Assembly: GCA_021813145.1 (NCBI GenBank)
Contig: JAKALS010000005.1
Span: forward strand, 8,022 to 72,021
Direction: 5' to 3'
Source: a bacterium
GTDB lineage: Bacteria > Patescibacteriota > Microgenomatia > Levybacterales > UBA12049
DNA: 64,000 nucleotides
A program made the translations under genes and the position numbers. Positions within the stretch are counted from its first letter, which is position 1; each line of letters starts with the position of its first letter. The notes beneath the pieces are model-generated. The model ran no database searches. It was not told where the DNA came from and saw only the letters and a list, made by a program, of their open reading frames with translations. This document shows positions 39,167 to 51,196 of this stretch, piece after piece.

Positions 39167-40636
39167 TTACAAGGCAAACAAAAGTGCGGCTCCGATAATG
39201 GTAATTACTCCTCCTAAGAGTCCCAGTCCCAAAATAGTGCCGTCGGGTCCCGGTGATTTACCTCCGGGAGCCAGGGCCGGGGCCGAAGGGCTTGGCACCG
39301 GAGTCGGCGTAACAACGGGAGCCGGCGTAGACGTAGCGCTTGGAGTCGCCGTCGGAGCGGGAGATAGGGTGGGTTCTACCGTAGGAACGGGCGTCGGGCT
39401 TTGGGTAGGCGAAGGCGTCGGGCTTTGGGTAGGAACGGGAGTAGGCGTTGATGTGGGCATAGGCGTTGCGGTAGGAGTAGATGTAGGAGGATTATTAACG
39501 GGATTAACCTGGCTTCCGGAAGCGTAGACCACAAAATTTTGGGTTACAGTTCTTAGTATCCCGTTTGCATCTACGGTAGTTATAGTTATCGTATGGTTTC
39601 CGGGAGAAAGCGGAGTCTGCGGCCTGAAAGACCAATAGCCGTTTCCGTCTGTTGTAACCTGCGCGGTTATTACATCGCTTGAGTGAATCTCTATTTTTAC
39701 GGTCTGGTTTGGCTGGCCTGTCCCTTCGAAAAGAGGCTGCTCGTCGGAAAATCCTTCATTTGTTTTGGGTGTTATTATTTTGGGAACACCGTATGAAACG
39801 GCGGGTTTGGGAGTCGGAAAACTTTCCTGGTTGCTTTGAAAAGTTGAAGAGCCCGAAGCCGAAGGCGGTGGGCTGGAAAGGGGGCCCTGGCTGCTTGAAA
39901 AATCATAATCGTTTGACAGGGTTACGGTCGGCACGGGATTTATCTGGTTAATGGATAGTGTTACATTCGATGTAAGGCCGTCTCCGTAAACAAGCATTTT
40001 AAGTGTTGAAATATTGGAAAAATCCAGATATGAAGAAAGGTCAGATGTCCTTACCGAATTTAAGGGTATCAGATAAGTTCCGTCCGGTTTTATAAGGGAC
40101 GAGATGACTTGTGCATTATCCGCGGTTATATATACTATAGCTTGCGAAGGAGGGTTTCCGTTTGGCATTATAACTTTTCCTATTATCGGTTTTTGGGCTG
40201 AAGGAGGAGAAGAAATAGGCGTTCCGGTAACGACCTGGAAAGGAAGGCCGTTATTCAGAAAAGTATTTTGACCGCTTGTTATCGAAAAATAGTATTTTGT
40301 TTGGGGACTTAAATTTCTCACGGTAATGCTGTGTATGCTGTAATTTGAAAGAGTGCCTGTCTGTTGGTCCCGGTCGTCAAGGGCGGTTTGCCCAAGCGTT
40401 GACGTGCTCCCGTAATTTAAAGAGCCTATTACGCTAGCATCGGTTGAATAAGAAACGGTAAAAGAGGAGTCCGTGATATTTGTTATTCTTACGTTTTGCG
40501 GGCTTGAAGAAGGTGAAGCATTGCCCACTACAATTACTCCTTTTTCTACCAAAAAGGAGGTGACTCCTATTCCCACAACAATTAAGAATACCCCCAAAAG
40601 AGTAGGTATTCTTTTATTCCAAATAGATTTATTCAT
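39167..40636 (-). CDS. Surface protein: N-terminal TM, FN3 and Ig-like domains, Pro/Thr linker, C-terminal TM
   Basis: [33 protein letters not shown]...GNHTIT. Confidence 0.8.
   Translation of the reverse strand: MNKSIWNKRIPTLLGVFLIVVGIGVTSFLVEKGVIVVGNASPSSSPQNVRITNITDSSFTVSYSTDASVIGSLNYGSTSTLGQTALDDRDQQTGTLSNYSIHSITVRNLSPQTKYYFSITSGQNTFLNNGLPFQVVTGTPISSPPSAQKPIIGKVIMPNGNPPSQAIVYITADNAQVISSLIKPDGTYLIPLNSVRTSDLSSYLDFSNISTLKMLVYGDGLTSNVTLSINQINPVPTVTLSNDYDFSSSQGPLSSPPPSASGSSTFQSNQESFPTPKPAVSYGVPKIITPKTNEGFSDEQPLFEGTGQPNQTVKIEIHSSDVITAQVTTDGNGYWSFRPQTPLSPGNHTITITTVDANGILRTVTQNFVVYASGSQVNPVNNPPTSTPTATPMPTSTPTPVPTQSPTPSPTQSPTPVPTVEPTLSPAPTATPSATSTPAPVVTPTPVPSPSAPALAPGGKSPGPDGTILGLGLLGGVITIIGAALLFAL
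39290..39490 (-). repeat. Pro/Thr/Ser low-complexity coding repeat
   Basis: GGCGTCGGGCTTTGGGTAGG duplicated; encodes PTQSPTPS units. Confidence 0.75.
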
Positions 40637-40968
40637 GGCACTAACGTTCCACCGGCAGAGCTTTGAGGGCTATTCGCCGGTGCGCCCAATGGAAGAGCGG
40701 ATTGCGAAGAAGCGGGCGGTGCCGAGACAAATGGGGTAGGGGAAGGGCTCTGGGCGGTTTGTAGCTCGTAAATCGGATTCACTTGGGTTCTTTGTTTAAG
40801 CTGGGATATAGTAGCAGTATCAAAATTAGGGTTGATTGGCGCGATCTGAAGATTCAATAACGGGGGTATGGTAGATGAAACAGAGCTATGATAAATACTG
40901 AAAGCTATCCAGGCTATTATCAGAAGGAAAGAGGGGACAATTATTATCAAGATATCCTTTTGTTTCAT
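40633..40968 (-). CDS. Hypothetical TM protein in the pilNO operon (PilP position)
   Basis: Single TM; operon context. Confidence 0.55.
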   Translation of the reverse strand: MKQKDILIIIVPSFLLIIAWIAFSIYHSSVSSTIPPLLNLQIAPINPNFDTATISQLKQRTQVNPIYELQTAQSPSPTPFVSAPPASSQSALPLGAPANSPQSSAGGTLVP

Positions 40969-40970
40969 AT

Positions 40971-41597
40971 TTATTGTTTATAATAAGCTGTTCCTTTAAT
41001 ATTTACAATCATGGCCGGACCTCCCGAGGATGTATTTTTGGCAATAGAGACGGTATTTAAAGAAATAATTCTTTGCATACTCAAAAGCCCCTGTGTAAAT
41101 TTGTTGATATTTTCGTAAGAGCCGCCGGCTGAAAGGCTGAACGTATAAGAATAACTGTCTTTTGCCGTTATGGAAGGGTCGGGGACTTGTGCTTCAAAAG
41201 TCTGGAGCCCGTTCAAACTGACTCCAGAATTTTGTGCCACTGCCTGGATTTGCGCTACTAAAATTGCGGATTCCGGAGTTTTTGGCACGGCGTTATAAAC
41301 GTAGGATAAATCGGGGGTAATCTGTGCATATTTCTGTTGGAGGGTATAAAGATTGTTAATTTTTGTCTGTAGCTGCTGGTCCACGTACATATCGTCGGAG
41401 AGTTGTTTGTTTAAATTAGCGATTGTCGATATCGTGGGGCTGATCGCAAATAGTCCGAAAAAAGACAATGCGGCAATTGTAAGGACCAAAGTCGTAAACT
41501 TCTGTGTTCTTTCTTCTTTAAAATCCGGAAGCATTTCCAGATATTTATTTTTTTGAATGTCTTTAAAAACGTTACTGCCCCGTACTTGCATATACAT
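40971..41597 (-). CDS. pilO: Type IV pilus assembly protein PilO
   Basis: TM, coiled coil, GSYENINKF...MQRII. Confidence 0.8.
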   Translation of the reverse strand: MYMQVRGSNVFKDIQKNKYLEMLPDFKEERTQKFTTLVLTIAALSFFGLFAISPTISTIANLNKQLSDDMYVDQQLQTKINNLYTLQQKYAQITPDLSYVYNAVPKTPESAILVAQIQAVAQNSGVSLNGLQTFEAQVPDPSITAKDSYSYTFSLSAGGSYENINKFTQGLLSMQRIISLNTVSIAKNTSSGGPAMIVNIKGTAYYKQ

Positions 41598-42135
41598 AAG
41601 CCGGTTTAAGATCGGCTGTTATATTTATACTTATCATGGCGCTTGAAGGCTTATTTTCTATTTTGTCTATGCTTATTGTGTCTATTGCCGGATAATTTTT
41701 TAAGGCATCTACAAAATCGGAGAGGGTAGAAATGGAATTTACATTAGCGTCTATTGTTATTCTGTCTTCAAAAAGGTTAAGGCTATTAAATGCTATCCCT
41801 TTGGGCGTAAGGGTAACGATATCGTTAATAATCTTCAGTCTTTGAGATGCAAGGCTGGAATTGGTTGATATAAGAGTAAGCCGTCCCTGCAAATTTCTAT
41901 ACTGCGCCTCGTTGTTTTTAAGATAATTCACTATTGCCTGTTCCTGGGTTATTTTTGAATGAAGGTCTATAAGTTTTCTGTCGAGGGAAAAACGGTAAAT
42001 AAAAGCACTCAGGGCTACGACCTCTGTTATTATTACCAAAAGTCTGCCTATTGTCAGCGCCCAACCCACGAATCTGTCTACAAAAGGAGTTTCTCTTTTA
42101 AGAAGATTTATGGAGTCCGGCCTTTTTTGCAGCAT
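41572..42135 (-). CDS. pilN: Type IV pilus assembly protein PilN-like
   Basis: INLL N-terminal motif, TM, TPKGIAF, ferredoxin-like tail. Confidence 0.75.
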   Translation of the reverse strand: MLQKRPDSINLLKRETPFVDRFVGWALTIGRLLVIITEVVALSAFIYRFSLDRKLIDLHSKITQEQAIVNYLKNNEAQYRNLQGRLTLISTNSSLASQRLKIINDIVTLTPKGIAFNSLNLFEDRITIDANVNSISTLSDFVDALKNYPAIDTISIDKIENKPSSAMISINITADLKPAYVYASTGQ

Positions 42136-42188
42136 AAGTTTAGTCTAGGGTTTTTTTGATACTTTGTCAAAGATTTCGAGGGGAAAAT

Positions 42189-42500
42189 TTACTTTTTTGC
42201 TTTAGGTTTTTTCGGGGCCGTTTTAGACGTTTTTGCCGGTGTTTTTACGACCGTTTTTTTACCTTTTAAAAGTTTTGCTAGTTTTGATTTTAGCCTGTTT
42301 GCTTTATTTTCGTGGATTAGTCTGTTCTTCGCGGTTTTATCTATCATTTTTACGGCTTTTTTTATGTTTGCTTCGGTCGGAGATTTTTCGGCGAGTTTTA
42401 AAGTCTTCCTAAAAAGAATTTTAGCGGCTTTGTTGGCCGCTTCTCTTTTCCTGTCTTTCCTTAACTTTTTCTTAGCCGATTTTATTACTGGCATGGGCAT
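42189..42500 (-). CDS. rpsT: 30S ribosomal protein S20 with Lys-rich tail
   Basis: IKSAKKKLR...IHENKANRLKSKL. Confidence 0.93.
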   Translation of the reverse strand: MPMPVIKSAKKKLRKDRKREAANKAAKILFRKTLKLAEKSPTEANIKKAVKMIDKTAKNRLIHENKANRLKSKLAKLLKGKKTVVKTPAKTSKTAPKKPKAKK

Positions 42501-42536
42501 ATTTTATCATGTTATACTTATAAACACAACAGATTT

Positions 42537-44195
42537 ATGCCTAGGGATTTTTTAAAGAGAAGTCTTGGTCTGCTACTTCGACAACAAAATAACATAATTT
42601 CGGCCGCTTTTGTCATAATGGCGACAATTATTTTTTCCCAGGTTTTGGGACTTGTCAGACAAAGGCTTCTTGTGGGAATATTCGGAGCGTCAAATACCCT
42701 AGGGGTCTATCTTGCTTCGACAAGGATGCCCGATTTCCTTTTTCAGATTATAATAGCGGGAGCCCTCTCCTCGGCTTTTATTCCCGTTTTTTCCGAGTAT
42801 CTGGGTAAAGGTAAAAATGAGGAAGCCCATAAGCTGGGGTCAACCTTACTTTTGGTGGCCCTTGCAATTTTTACCGCATTTTCCCTGGTGCTTTTCATAT
42901 TCGCAAACGACTTTTCAAAAATGCTTGCCCCGGGATTTTCCGCAAAGCAAATAGAGCTTATGGCGAATCTTACAAGAGTAATAATATTCGGAGAAATTCT
43001 TTTTATTTTAGGAAGTTTTCTTTCCGCGATTCTCCAGTCTTATAACCATTTTTTTATTCCCGGAATAGCGGCAGCTATGTTTAACCTCGGAATAATTATC
43101 GGGATTGTTATTCTTTCTCCTTTTGTCGGAATCTTTTCCGCAGCCTGGGGAGTCGTTATCGGAGCATTCATATTCGTGATTGTCCAACTGCCTCTTATGA
43201 AAAACGTTGGTTTTTCTTTTAAGCCTACATTTTCCTTAAAAACAGGAGGAGTTATGGAGGTATTAAAGCTCATGTGGCCAAGAACTATTTCTATCGCAAT
43301 TTTTCAGGTAGGTACCCTTATAACCGTAACTCTGGTTTCTTTTCTTCCCAATCCCGGCAGAAATTATGTAATTTTCGATTACGCCCAGACACTTGCTTTT
43401 GCCCCCGTAGCACTTTTTGGCCAGGCAATAGCTCAAGCATCCTTTCCGGTTCTCTCCAAGGAAAGGGAAAAACTTTCCGATTTTAAAACAACTTTTATAA
43501 CAAGCTTTAACCAGATGCTTTACCTTGTTCTTCCTATTTCGGCTCTTCTTTTGGTATTAAGGATCCCCGTAGTAAGGCTCATATACGGGGCTTCGCAATT
43601 CGACTGGGCAGCTACCGTTTTAACCGGAAGGACTCTCGCGTTTTTCAGCATCTCCATTTTCGCCCAGGCTCTTGTCTATCTTGTGTCAAGGGGTTTTTAC
43701 GCCCTTCACGATACGAAAACACCACTTACCGTCGGAGCTCTGACGACAGGACTTATGCTTTTGATTGGCGCTCTTTTTATTTTTATTTATCATTACGGAA
43801 TAGAAAGTATCGCCGTTGCCTATTCCATAGGCAGTATTTTAAATATTATTATCCTGTTTTTGTTTTTGGACAGAAAGGTCGGAGGTTTTGACAAAAAACC
43901 TCTTCTTATATCACTTTCAAAAATAACCATAGCGACCGTATTTACGGGTTTTGCCCTGTATATTCCCATAAAGCTTTTGGACCAGCTGGTTTTTGACACG
44001 ACGAAAACAGTAAATCTCATTTTGCTTACGGGAATATCCAGTTCTGCAGGGCTTTTGCTTTATCTTTTTCTCACGTGGTTTTTTAACGTCGAAGAAGCAA
44101 AAACTTTTATACTGATGTTCAAAAAACTGGGGGACTGGAGACAGATTCTTATGGGAAGCGAAGAGATAATAGACGGAAAACCCTTCAACCCTTAA
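42537..44195 (+). CDS. murJ: Lipid II flippase MurJ (MviN)
   Basis: SQVLGLVR, GALSSAFIPVF, FYALHDTKTP. Confidence 0.93.
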   Translation: MPRDFLKRSLGLLLRQQNNIISAAFVIMATIIFSQVLGLVRQRLLVGIFGASNTLGVYLASTRMPDFLFQIIIAGALSSAFIPVFSEYLGKGKNEEAHKLGSTLLLVALAIFTAFSLVLFIFANDFSKMLAPGFSAKQIELMANLTRVIIFGEILFILGSFLSAILQSYNHFFIPGIAAAMFNLGIIIGIVILSPFVGIFSAAWGVVIGAFIFVIVQLPLMKNVGFSFKPTFSLKTGGVMEVLKLMWPRTISIAIFQVGTLITVTLVSFLPNPGRNYVIFDYAQTLAFAPVALFGQAIAQASFPVLSKEREKLSDFKTTFITSFNQMLYLVLPISALLLVLRIPVVRLIYGASQFDWAATVLTGRTLAFFSISIFAQALVYLVSRGFYALHDTKTPLTVGALTTGLMLLIGALFIFIYHYGIESIAVAYSIGSILNIIILFLFLDRKVGGFDKKPLLISLSKITIATVFTGFALYIPIKLLDQLVFDTTKTVNLILLTGISSSAGLLLYLFLTWFFNVEEAKTFILMFKKLGDWRQILMGSEEIIDGKPFNP

Positions 44196-44219
44196 TCTGG
44201 TATAATTCCCCCTAAGGCT

Positions 44220-45974
44220 ATGGAACAAAAATTTATAAGAAATTTCGCAATAATTGCGCACATAGATCACGGTAAATCCACCCTTGCCGACAGACTTTTA
44301 GAATTAACGAATACCGTTTCAAAAGATAAATTAAAAGAGCAGTTTTTGGATCAGAATCCTATTTCGAGAGAGAGGGGAATAACCATTAAGTTAGCCCCGG
44401 TGAGAATGGAATATGCGTATGGAAATCCAAAATCAAAGTACATCTTAAACCTGATAGATACACCCGGACATATTGATTTTTCCTATGAAGTTTCAAGAAC
44501 CCTTGCGGCATGCGAAGGAGCTTTGCTTCTTGTGGACGCTACACAGGGCATACAGGCACAGACGGTGGCGCATTTCAGGGTCGCGCAAAAACAGGGTCTT
44601 TGTGTAATTCCTGTGATTAATAAAATAGATTTACCAACGGCAAGAACAGAAGAAACTGCAAAAGAAATCTGCGAAATGTTCGGGTTCAAAGAAGAAGAAA
44701 TTTATTATATTTCGGCAAAAACCGGAGAAAACGTCGATAGGCTCCTTCCTGCAATTATAGAAAAACTTCCTTCTCCAAAAGGTAATTTGCATTTTCCGTT
44801 AAGAGCCCTCATTTTTGACGCCGAATACGACGAGCACCGGGGAGTTGTTGCTTTTGTAAGAATAGTGGACGGGCAAATCGAAAGACACGGGAAAATAGAA
44901 TTTCTGCAAAACGGGGTAAAAACAGAGGCTTCGGAAATCGGAACCTTTTCCCCTTTCTTAGTCCCGAAAGACGCATTGCAGGCGGGAGAAATAGGCTATG
45001 TGATTACCGGCATAAAAGACATAAGGAAAGTAAGGGTAGGAGACACCATAACGGAAATTTCAAATTTCAAATCACAAACCGCAAATATAGAAGCTTTGGA
45101 GGGATACGAGACTCCAAAACCCATGGTGTTTTTCGGGGTATATCCGAGGAGCACGAACGACCTGGTAAAACTAAAGGAGGCAATAAATAAACTGGCATTA
45201 AACGACGCTTCTTTAAGTATCGCAAACGAGTATTCGATATTTTTAGGAAGCGGGTTTCGGATCGGCTTTCTCGGTCTTTTACACGCGGAAATCTTTAAAG
45301 AAAGATTAAAACAGGAAGAAAATATAGAGCCCATTCTTACCATGCCCCACGTACTTTACGAAAAAAGGGAAGACGGGGGAATGTACGAGCCTTATATGTT
45401 CCTTACGATATTTACTCCCTCCGCATACGTTGGGCCGGTTTTGACCGTTGCCCAGAGAAAAAAAGGTTCCCTTTTGGACATGACATACTACAAAGACAAC
45501 GCGGTTTTAAAATACGAAATGCCCTACAGTATGTTTATAAGGAATCTTTCTTCGGAGATTAAAACCGTTTCTTCGGGTTTTGCCAGTATCGACTACGAAC
45601 TTTCGGATTATAAAGAGGCAGATCTTGTTAACCTTGAAATAACGATAAACGAAACGGAAATAGATGTTTTATCTGAGCTTGTTTACAAAGACGAAGCGGA
45701 TTTTCTTGCAAGGGAAAAGACGGAAAGATTAAAGGAGCTTTTGCCGAGAAAACAAATAAAACAGGTAATTCAGGCAAGGGTAGGGGGAAAAATTCTTGCA
45801 AGGTCGGAGGTGCCTGCTTTTAGAAAAGACGTTCTGGCAAAAATGTCGGGAGGCGACAGGACCAGAAAAGACAAGCTTTTGGAAGCGCAAAAAAAGGGCA
45901 AAAACAGAATGTTTACCACTTCAAAAATAGATATTCCCCAAGAGGCCCTTCTTCCCCTTATTACCGGAAAATAA
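44220..45974 (+). CDS. lepA: Translation elongation factor 4
   Basis: AHIDHGKSTL, DTPGH, NKID, GFLGLLH, RKDVLAK.GGD. Confidence 0.96.
   Translation: MEQKFIRNFAIIAHIDHGKSTLADRLLELTNTVSKDKLKEQFLDQNPISRERGITIKLAPVRMEYAYGNPKSKYILNLIDTPGHIDFSYEVSRTLAACEGALLLVDATQGIQAQTVAHFRVAQKQGLCVIPVINKIDLPTARTEETAKEICEMFGFKEEEIYYISAKTGENVDRLLPAIIEKLPSPKGNLHFPLRALIFDAEYDEHRGVVAFVRIVDGQIERHGKIEFLQNGVKTEASEIGTFSPFLVPKDALQAGEIGYVITGIKDIRKVRVGDTITEISNFKSQTANIEALEGYETPKPMVFFGVYPRSTNDLVKLKEAINKLALNDASLSIANEYSIFLGSGFRIGFLGLLHAEIFKERLKQEENIEPILTMPHVLYEKREDGGMYEPYMFLTIFTPSAYVGPVLTVAQRKKGSLLDMTYYKDNAVLKYEMPYSMFIRNLSSEIKTVSSGFASIDYELSDYKEADLVNLEITINETEIDVLSELVYKDEADFLAREKTERLKELLPRKQIKQVIQARVGGKILARSEVPAFRKDVLAKMSGGDRTRKDKLLEAQKKGKNRMFTTSKIDIPQEALLPLITGK
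45055..45089 (+). repeat. 5x7-nt degenerate tandem array inside lepA
   Basis: aaatttc aaatttc aaatcac aaaccgc aaatata. Confidence 0.6.
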
Positions 45975-46042
45975 GTATTCAGGATTTCAAGAAATCAAAA
46001 TCAAAAATATCGGGAAAATCTTATATCCGAAAATCCGAAAAA

Positions 46043-47251
46043 TTAGAGTGCGAAGAAAAGAAGTATTCCTGCTACCGAGATTATTGTTCCTATTATGCCG
46101 GCAGCCATTATTTTGTCACTGGGTCCTGTTGCCGGAAGAGTTTTTCCGGGCGTAGGCGTAGCCTGGGCCAACAATGTAGGAACGGGAGTTGCGTTTATTG
46201 TTATCGTCTGCGTGCATGTGGAAGTATCACTTACATTGCCAATATTATCCGTAAGCTGCGCGGTCGCCGTAAAGGTTCCCGAACTGTTGTATGTATGGGA
46301 AGCCTGAACGCTTACAGAACTGCTGCCTATCCCGCCGGTAGAGGTAATATCCTGTGTGGCGCTGTCTCCGTAGTTGAATGTTACTTTATTTATTGTATTA
46401 GCCGAAGAAGTTCCGGTTGCGGTGAAAGTTAATGTATAGGGGGCAGTTCCCGTCGCAGGGCCCGAAAGTGTAAGGCTTTGGCAAACTGGAGCCTGTCCAT
46501 TAACTGTGGGAGTAGGAGTTGGGCTCTCAGTTGGAATTGGCGTAGCCGTAGGCGCGGGGGTAGGCGTGGGTGTGGGAGTAGGGGTAGGAGTAGGGGTGGG
46601 TGTGGGAGTAGGTGTAGGAGTAGGGGTAGGCGTCGGACTTGCGGAAGGAGTAGCCCCCTGGTTGATTGTTATATTTGCCGGGCTGACTGTCGAGAGGACA
46701 TTTTCGTTAAACTGGTCGGTCGAAGCAATCGAGAGAACTTGTGTCTGAGACGTAAAAGTTACCTGTGTGGGAGCCGCATCCGTCGGGGCAATTGCCTGAA
46801 ATGCGATAGTCCCTATTTTTGTGGTCGTTTGTACTATATTCTGGGGGCTTCCTCCTATTGAAAGGGTAACGGATACCGTTCCCGGTCCGTATACCGGACC
46901 TTGAAGCACCGACGGAAAGGCTACTACATTAGGACACAAAGCATCGTCGGGTTTTGCTGGACATACGGCTGGACCCGCAGCCGCTGTAGCCAATTTTGTC
47001 GGGTCGTAATTTATTACCATTTTTACAAAAGACACCTGATTTGAACCCGGATTCATCATAATGTCGAGGTTGACAGGATCTCCCACGTTTACGGTTGTTG
47101 CCTGCGGATTGAAGCCCAAGGTTGTAGACTTTTGTGCGCTGGATTGGGTTTTCTGCTGTTGTTGCACAAGATAAACAGTCAGGGGAATAATAACAAGCAG
47201 GACTGCAATAAATCCGAATAACAGCAATTTTTTGCCCGATGGTAAGGACAT
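46043..47251 (-). CDS. Surface protein: cohesin-like and PKD domains, (PT)n linker, LPATG plus C-terminal TM
   Basis: [13 protein letters not shown]...[15 protein letters not shown]. Confidence 0.8.
   Translation of the reverse strand: MSLPSGKKLLLFGFIAVLLVIIPLTVYLVQQQQKTQSSAQKSTTLGFNPQATTVNVGDPVNLDIMMNPGSNQVSFVKMVINYDPTKLATAAAGPAVCPAKPDDALCPNVVAFPSVLQGPVYGPGTVSVTLSIGGSPQNIVQTTTKIGTIAFQAIAPTDAAPTQVTFTSQTQVLSIASTDQFNENVLSTVSPANITINQGATPSASPTPTPTPTPTPTPTPTPTPTPTPTPTPAPTATPIPTESPTPTPTVNGQAPVCQSLTLSGPATGTAPYTLTFTATGTSSANTINKVTFNYGDSATQDITSTGGIGSSSVSVQASHTYNSSGTFTATAQLTDNIGNVSDTSTCTQTITINATPVPTLLAQATPTPGKTLPATGPSDKIMAAGIIGTIISVAGILLFFAL
46548..46636 (-). repeat. (Pro-Thr)n coding repeat with 6-nt period
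   Basis: GTRGGN run on + strand. Confidence 0.85.
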
Positions 47252-47319
47252 AATTATGTTCTAAATTTATGGTATAGAAGAAAACCTCTAGTGTCAAGTC
47301 TTGGCAGCAAATTTGCATA

Positions 47320-47376
47320 TTGACAAAAAATCCAAGTATGTTGTATAAATAAGCAGTCACTTACAACGAGTGATAT
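47320..47376 (+). promoter_or_regulatory. groESL promoter with degenerate CIRCE
   Basis: TTGACA at 47320; TAAGCAGTC-N9-GAGTGATAT at 47350-47376 versus TTAGCACTC-N9-GAGTGCTAA. Confidence 0.7.
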
Positions 47377-47385
47377 TTTTTGACT

Positions 47386-47685
47386 ATGACTGCAAAAGCA
47401 AACATAAAACCTCTTTTTAATAATGTGCTTATAAAACCGGTCGAAGCGCAAGAAAAGACCGAAAGCGGAATAATTTTGCCCGAAACCGCAAAAGAAAAAC
47501 CCCAGATAGGCGAAGTTATGGCTGTAGGTCCGGGGGATATAACGCCAAAGGGAGAACAGGTAAAAATGGTAATCAGGGTCGGACAGAAGGTTATGTATAA
47601 AAAATGGGGAGGAAACGAAGTAAAAGTGGGAAACGAAGAGTGGACAATAGTTGACCAGAAAGACATTCTGGCAGTATTGGAATAA
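47386..47685 (+). CDS. groES: Co-chaperonin GroES
   Basis: IKPL, SGIILPETAKEKP, AVGPG, DILAV. Confidence 0.97.
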   Translation: MTAKANIKPLFNNVLIKPVEAQEKTESGIILPETAKEKPQIGEVMAVGPGDITPKGEQVKMVIRVGQKVMYKKWGGNEVKVGNEEWTIVDQKDILAVLE

Positions 47686-49344
<1,659 letters not shown>

Positions 49345-49403
49345 CCTCATTTAATTGATTGTCAAATCGTTCGTTTCTTGCTATATTATTGGGGTATTTT
49401 TAA

Positions 49404-50255
49404 ATGAGAAGGCTTCTTTTTATTGTCGTTCCTGTCCTTTTGGCAGTTTTAATTTTTGCCGTTATTTTTATTTTAATCAACAAAAACTCGGCCCCCGGCG
49501 CTTTACAGGTAACGTCGTCTCCCATAAGTAAAGTTTATCTTGACGGAAAACTGATAGGTCAGACCCCTCTTTGCAGATGTCAGGGAAGCGATATGATTTC
49601 TTCGGGAAATCATACTTTAAGACTTGTCCCCACGCAGGGAAACTTTGATCCCTTTGAGGAACAAATAACAGTTACGCCCTCCGTTCTTACGGTTGTCGAC
49701 AGAACTTTCGGACAGGGAGCATCCTCCCAGGGCTCTATAATAAGCCTTTCTCCGATACAGGATAAGACTGCCGCGCAACTTCTTATTGTTTCTTTTCCCG
49801 ATAATGCCCGGGTTAGTCTTGACAGCAATCCGTCGGGAAATACCCCATTACTTTTGCAAAATGTTACGCCTTCGGATCACGATATTCAACTAACCAAAGA
49901 CGGTTATGTGAGTAAAACGGTAAGAGTAAGGGCGGTACCGGGCTATAAACTCGAGGCAATCGTGTACCTCGGGGTAAACCTTACCACCGCAACCTCTTCC
50001 GCCCTTTTGTCGGCCAGTCCTTCGGCAAGCCCTGCACCCACTCCCTCGACAACAGTAACGGTTACAATTCTTCAGACTCCTACGGGATTTTTAAGAGTAA
50101 GAAGCGAACCTTCCTTGGGAGGAACGGAAATAACTCAAGTTAAACCCGGAGATAAATACCCGTTTGTTTCGGAGCAATCCGGATGGTACGAGATAAAACT
50201 TAATAACGGACAAACCGGCTGGGTAAGCGGCCAGTATGCGCAAAAATCCTCTTAA
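49404..50255 (+). CDS. PEGA plus SH3b domain surface protein
   Basis: VYLDGKLIGQTP, KDGY, FLRVRSEPS...GWYEI...GWVS. Confidence 0.85.
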   Translation: MRRLLFIVVPVLLAVLIFAVIFILINKNSAPGALQVTSSPISKVYLDGKLIGQTPLCRCQGSDMISSGNHTLRLVPTQGNFDPFEEQITVTPSVLTVVDRTFGQGASSQGSIISLSPIQDKTAAQLLIVSFPDNARVSLDSNPSGNTPLLLQNVTPSDHDIQLTKDGYVSKTVRVRAVPGYKLEAIVYLGVNLTTATSSALLSASPSASPAPTPSTTVTVTILQTPTGFLRVRSEPSLGGTEITQVKPGDKYPFVSEQSGWYEIKLNNGQTGWVSGQYAQKSS

Positions 50256-51196
50256 GGGCCTACAAAATATACGATAACAATTACCAGAAAAGCCCAAAGG
50301 GTAACCGTAAAAAGAAGGGGTATGTCGGATAAAAGGACTCTTTCCGGACTTTCACCTTCATTTTTTTCGTAAATATCCTGGAGATATCTCATAAGTCCGT
50401 AAACTACGGGAATTATTGTTATCATCAGCCATTTCCTCTGGAAAAAAGTAGGGAGAAAATCGGGCATAAAAACACCAAGGGCGAGTTTGAATCCTCCGGG
50501 GTTTTCAAGGAACGTAAATAGGGAGTAAGAAACGAATGTCGAAGTGGCAAAAATCGAGGCGTAAACATCAAGGAGCCTTTCGGAATAATGAGAAAGGGAC
50601 TTACGGGTAGAAGCAATATCATTTTCTTTGTCCCCCGATAAAAGTGTGAGCTCAGACCTTCTTTTGCCTATAGCCAAAAACAGCGAGATAGATATGGTCG
50701 TGAGCAAAAGCCATACGGATATATGGAATCCGCTTGCAAATTCTCCTCCGTAAACTCTTAGTATATAACCAGTAGCGATTAGAAGAATATCCAAAACGGC
50801 TACCGATTTTAAGAAGGAGGAATAAAGGAATTGGATTATTAAATAACTAAGTACCAGGGCAAAAAATGCCGGAGTAATTTCTCTTGCGACTATAAAGGAA
50901 AATACAATAAGAAAAGCGGCAAGTCCTATTGCAAACGGGACGGGAACGTCGCCATGGGCGAGAGGCCGGAATTTTTTAAAAGGATGTACCCTGTCTTTTT
51001 TTATGTCAAAAAGGTCGTTTATTATATAAGTTGCTGACGAAAGTCCGCAAAATACAAAGAATCCGAAAAGAACCTTTATAAAAACCGGCGGGTCAAAAAG
51101 TTCCCCGGCAAAAGTTATGGCGGCAAAAATCGCGAGGTTTTTTATCCATTGCCTGGGCCTTAATAATCTTAGTGTATTAAATGCCAGTTTTATCAT
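50252..51196 (-). CDS. UbiA family polyprenyl-phosphate phosphoribosyltransferase (DPPR synthase-like)
   Basis: RPRQWIKN, NDLFDIKKDRVHPFKKFRP, KRRSE. Confidence 0.85.
   Translation of the reverse strand: MIKLAFNTLRLLRPRQWIKNLAIFAAITFAGELFDPPVFIKVLFGFFVFCGLSSATYIINDLFDIKKDRVHPFKKFRPLAHGDVPVPFAIGLAAFLIVFSFIVAREITPAFFALVLSYLIIQFLYSSFLKSVAVLDILLIATGYILRVYGGEFASGFHISVWLLLTTISISLFLAIGKRRSELTLLSGDKENDIASTRKSLSHYSERLLDVYASIFATSTFVSYSLFTFLENPGGFKLALGVFMPDFLPTFFQRKWLMITIIPVVYGLMRYLQDIYEKNEGESPERVLLSDIPLLFTVTLWAFLVIVIVYFVGP

Noticed and set aside
41572-42188. Missing pilM upstream of pilN
   Set aside because: pilN has its own TTGACA/TAGACT promoter; pilM is probably elsewhere and cannot be judged from this window
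45975-46042. lepA downstream spacer as a heptamer array or ncRNA
   Set aside because: Repeat units are mixed 6- and 8-mers with no stable fold; too degenerate to call
39290-46636. Repeat tracts as CRISPR arrays
   Set aside because: Codon-periodic coding repeats with no unique spacers and no cas genes
46478-46861. Antisense Gly-Val and Arg-Gly-Ser repeat ORFs (also 39198-39527)
   Set aside because: Shadows of (Pro-Thr)n linkers on the opposite strand
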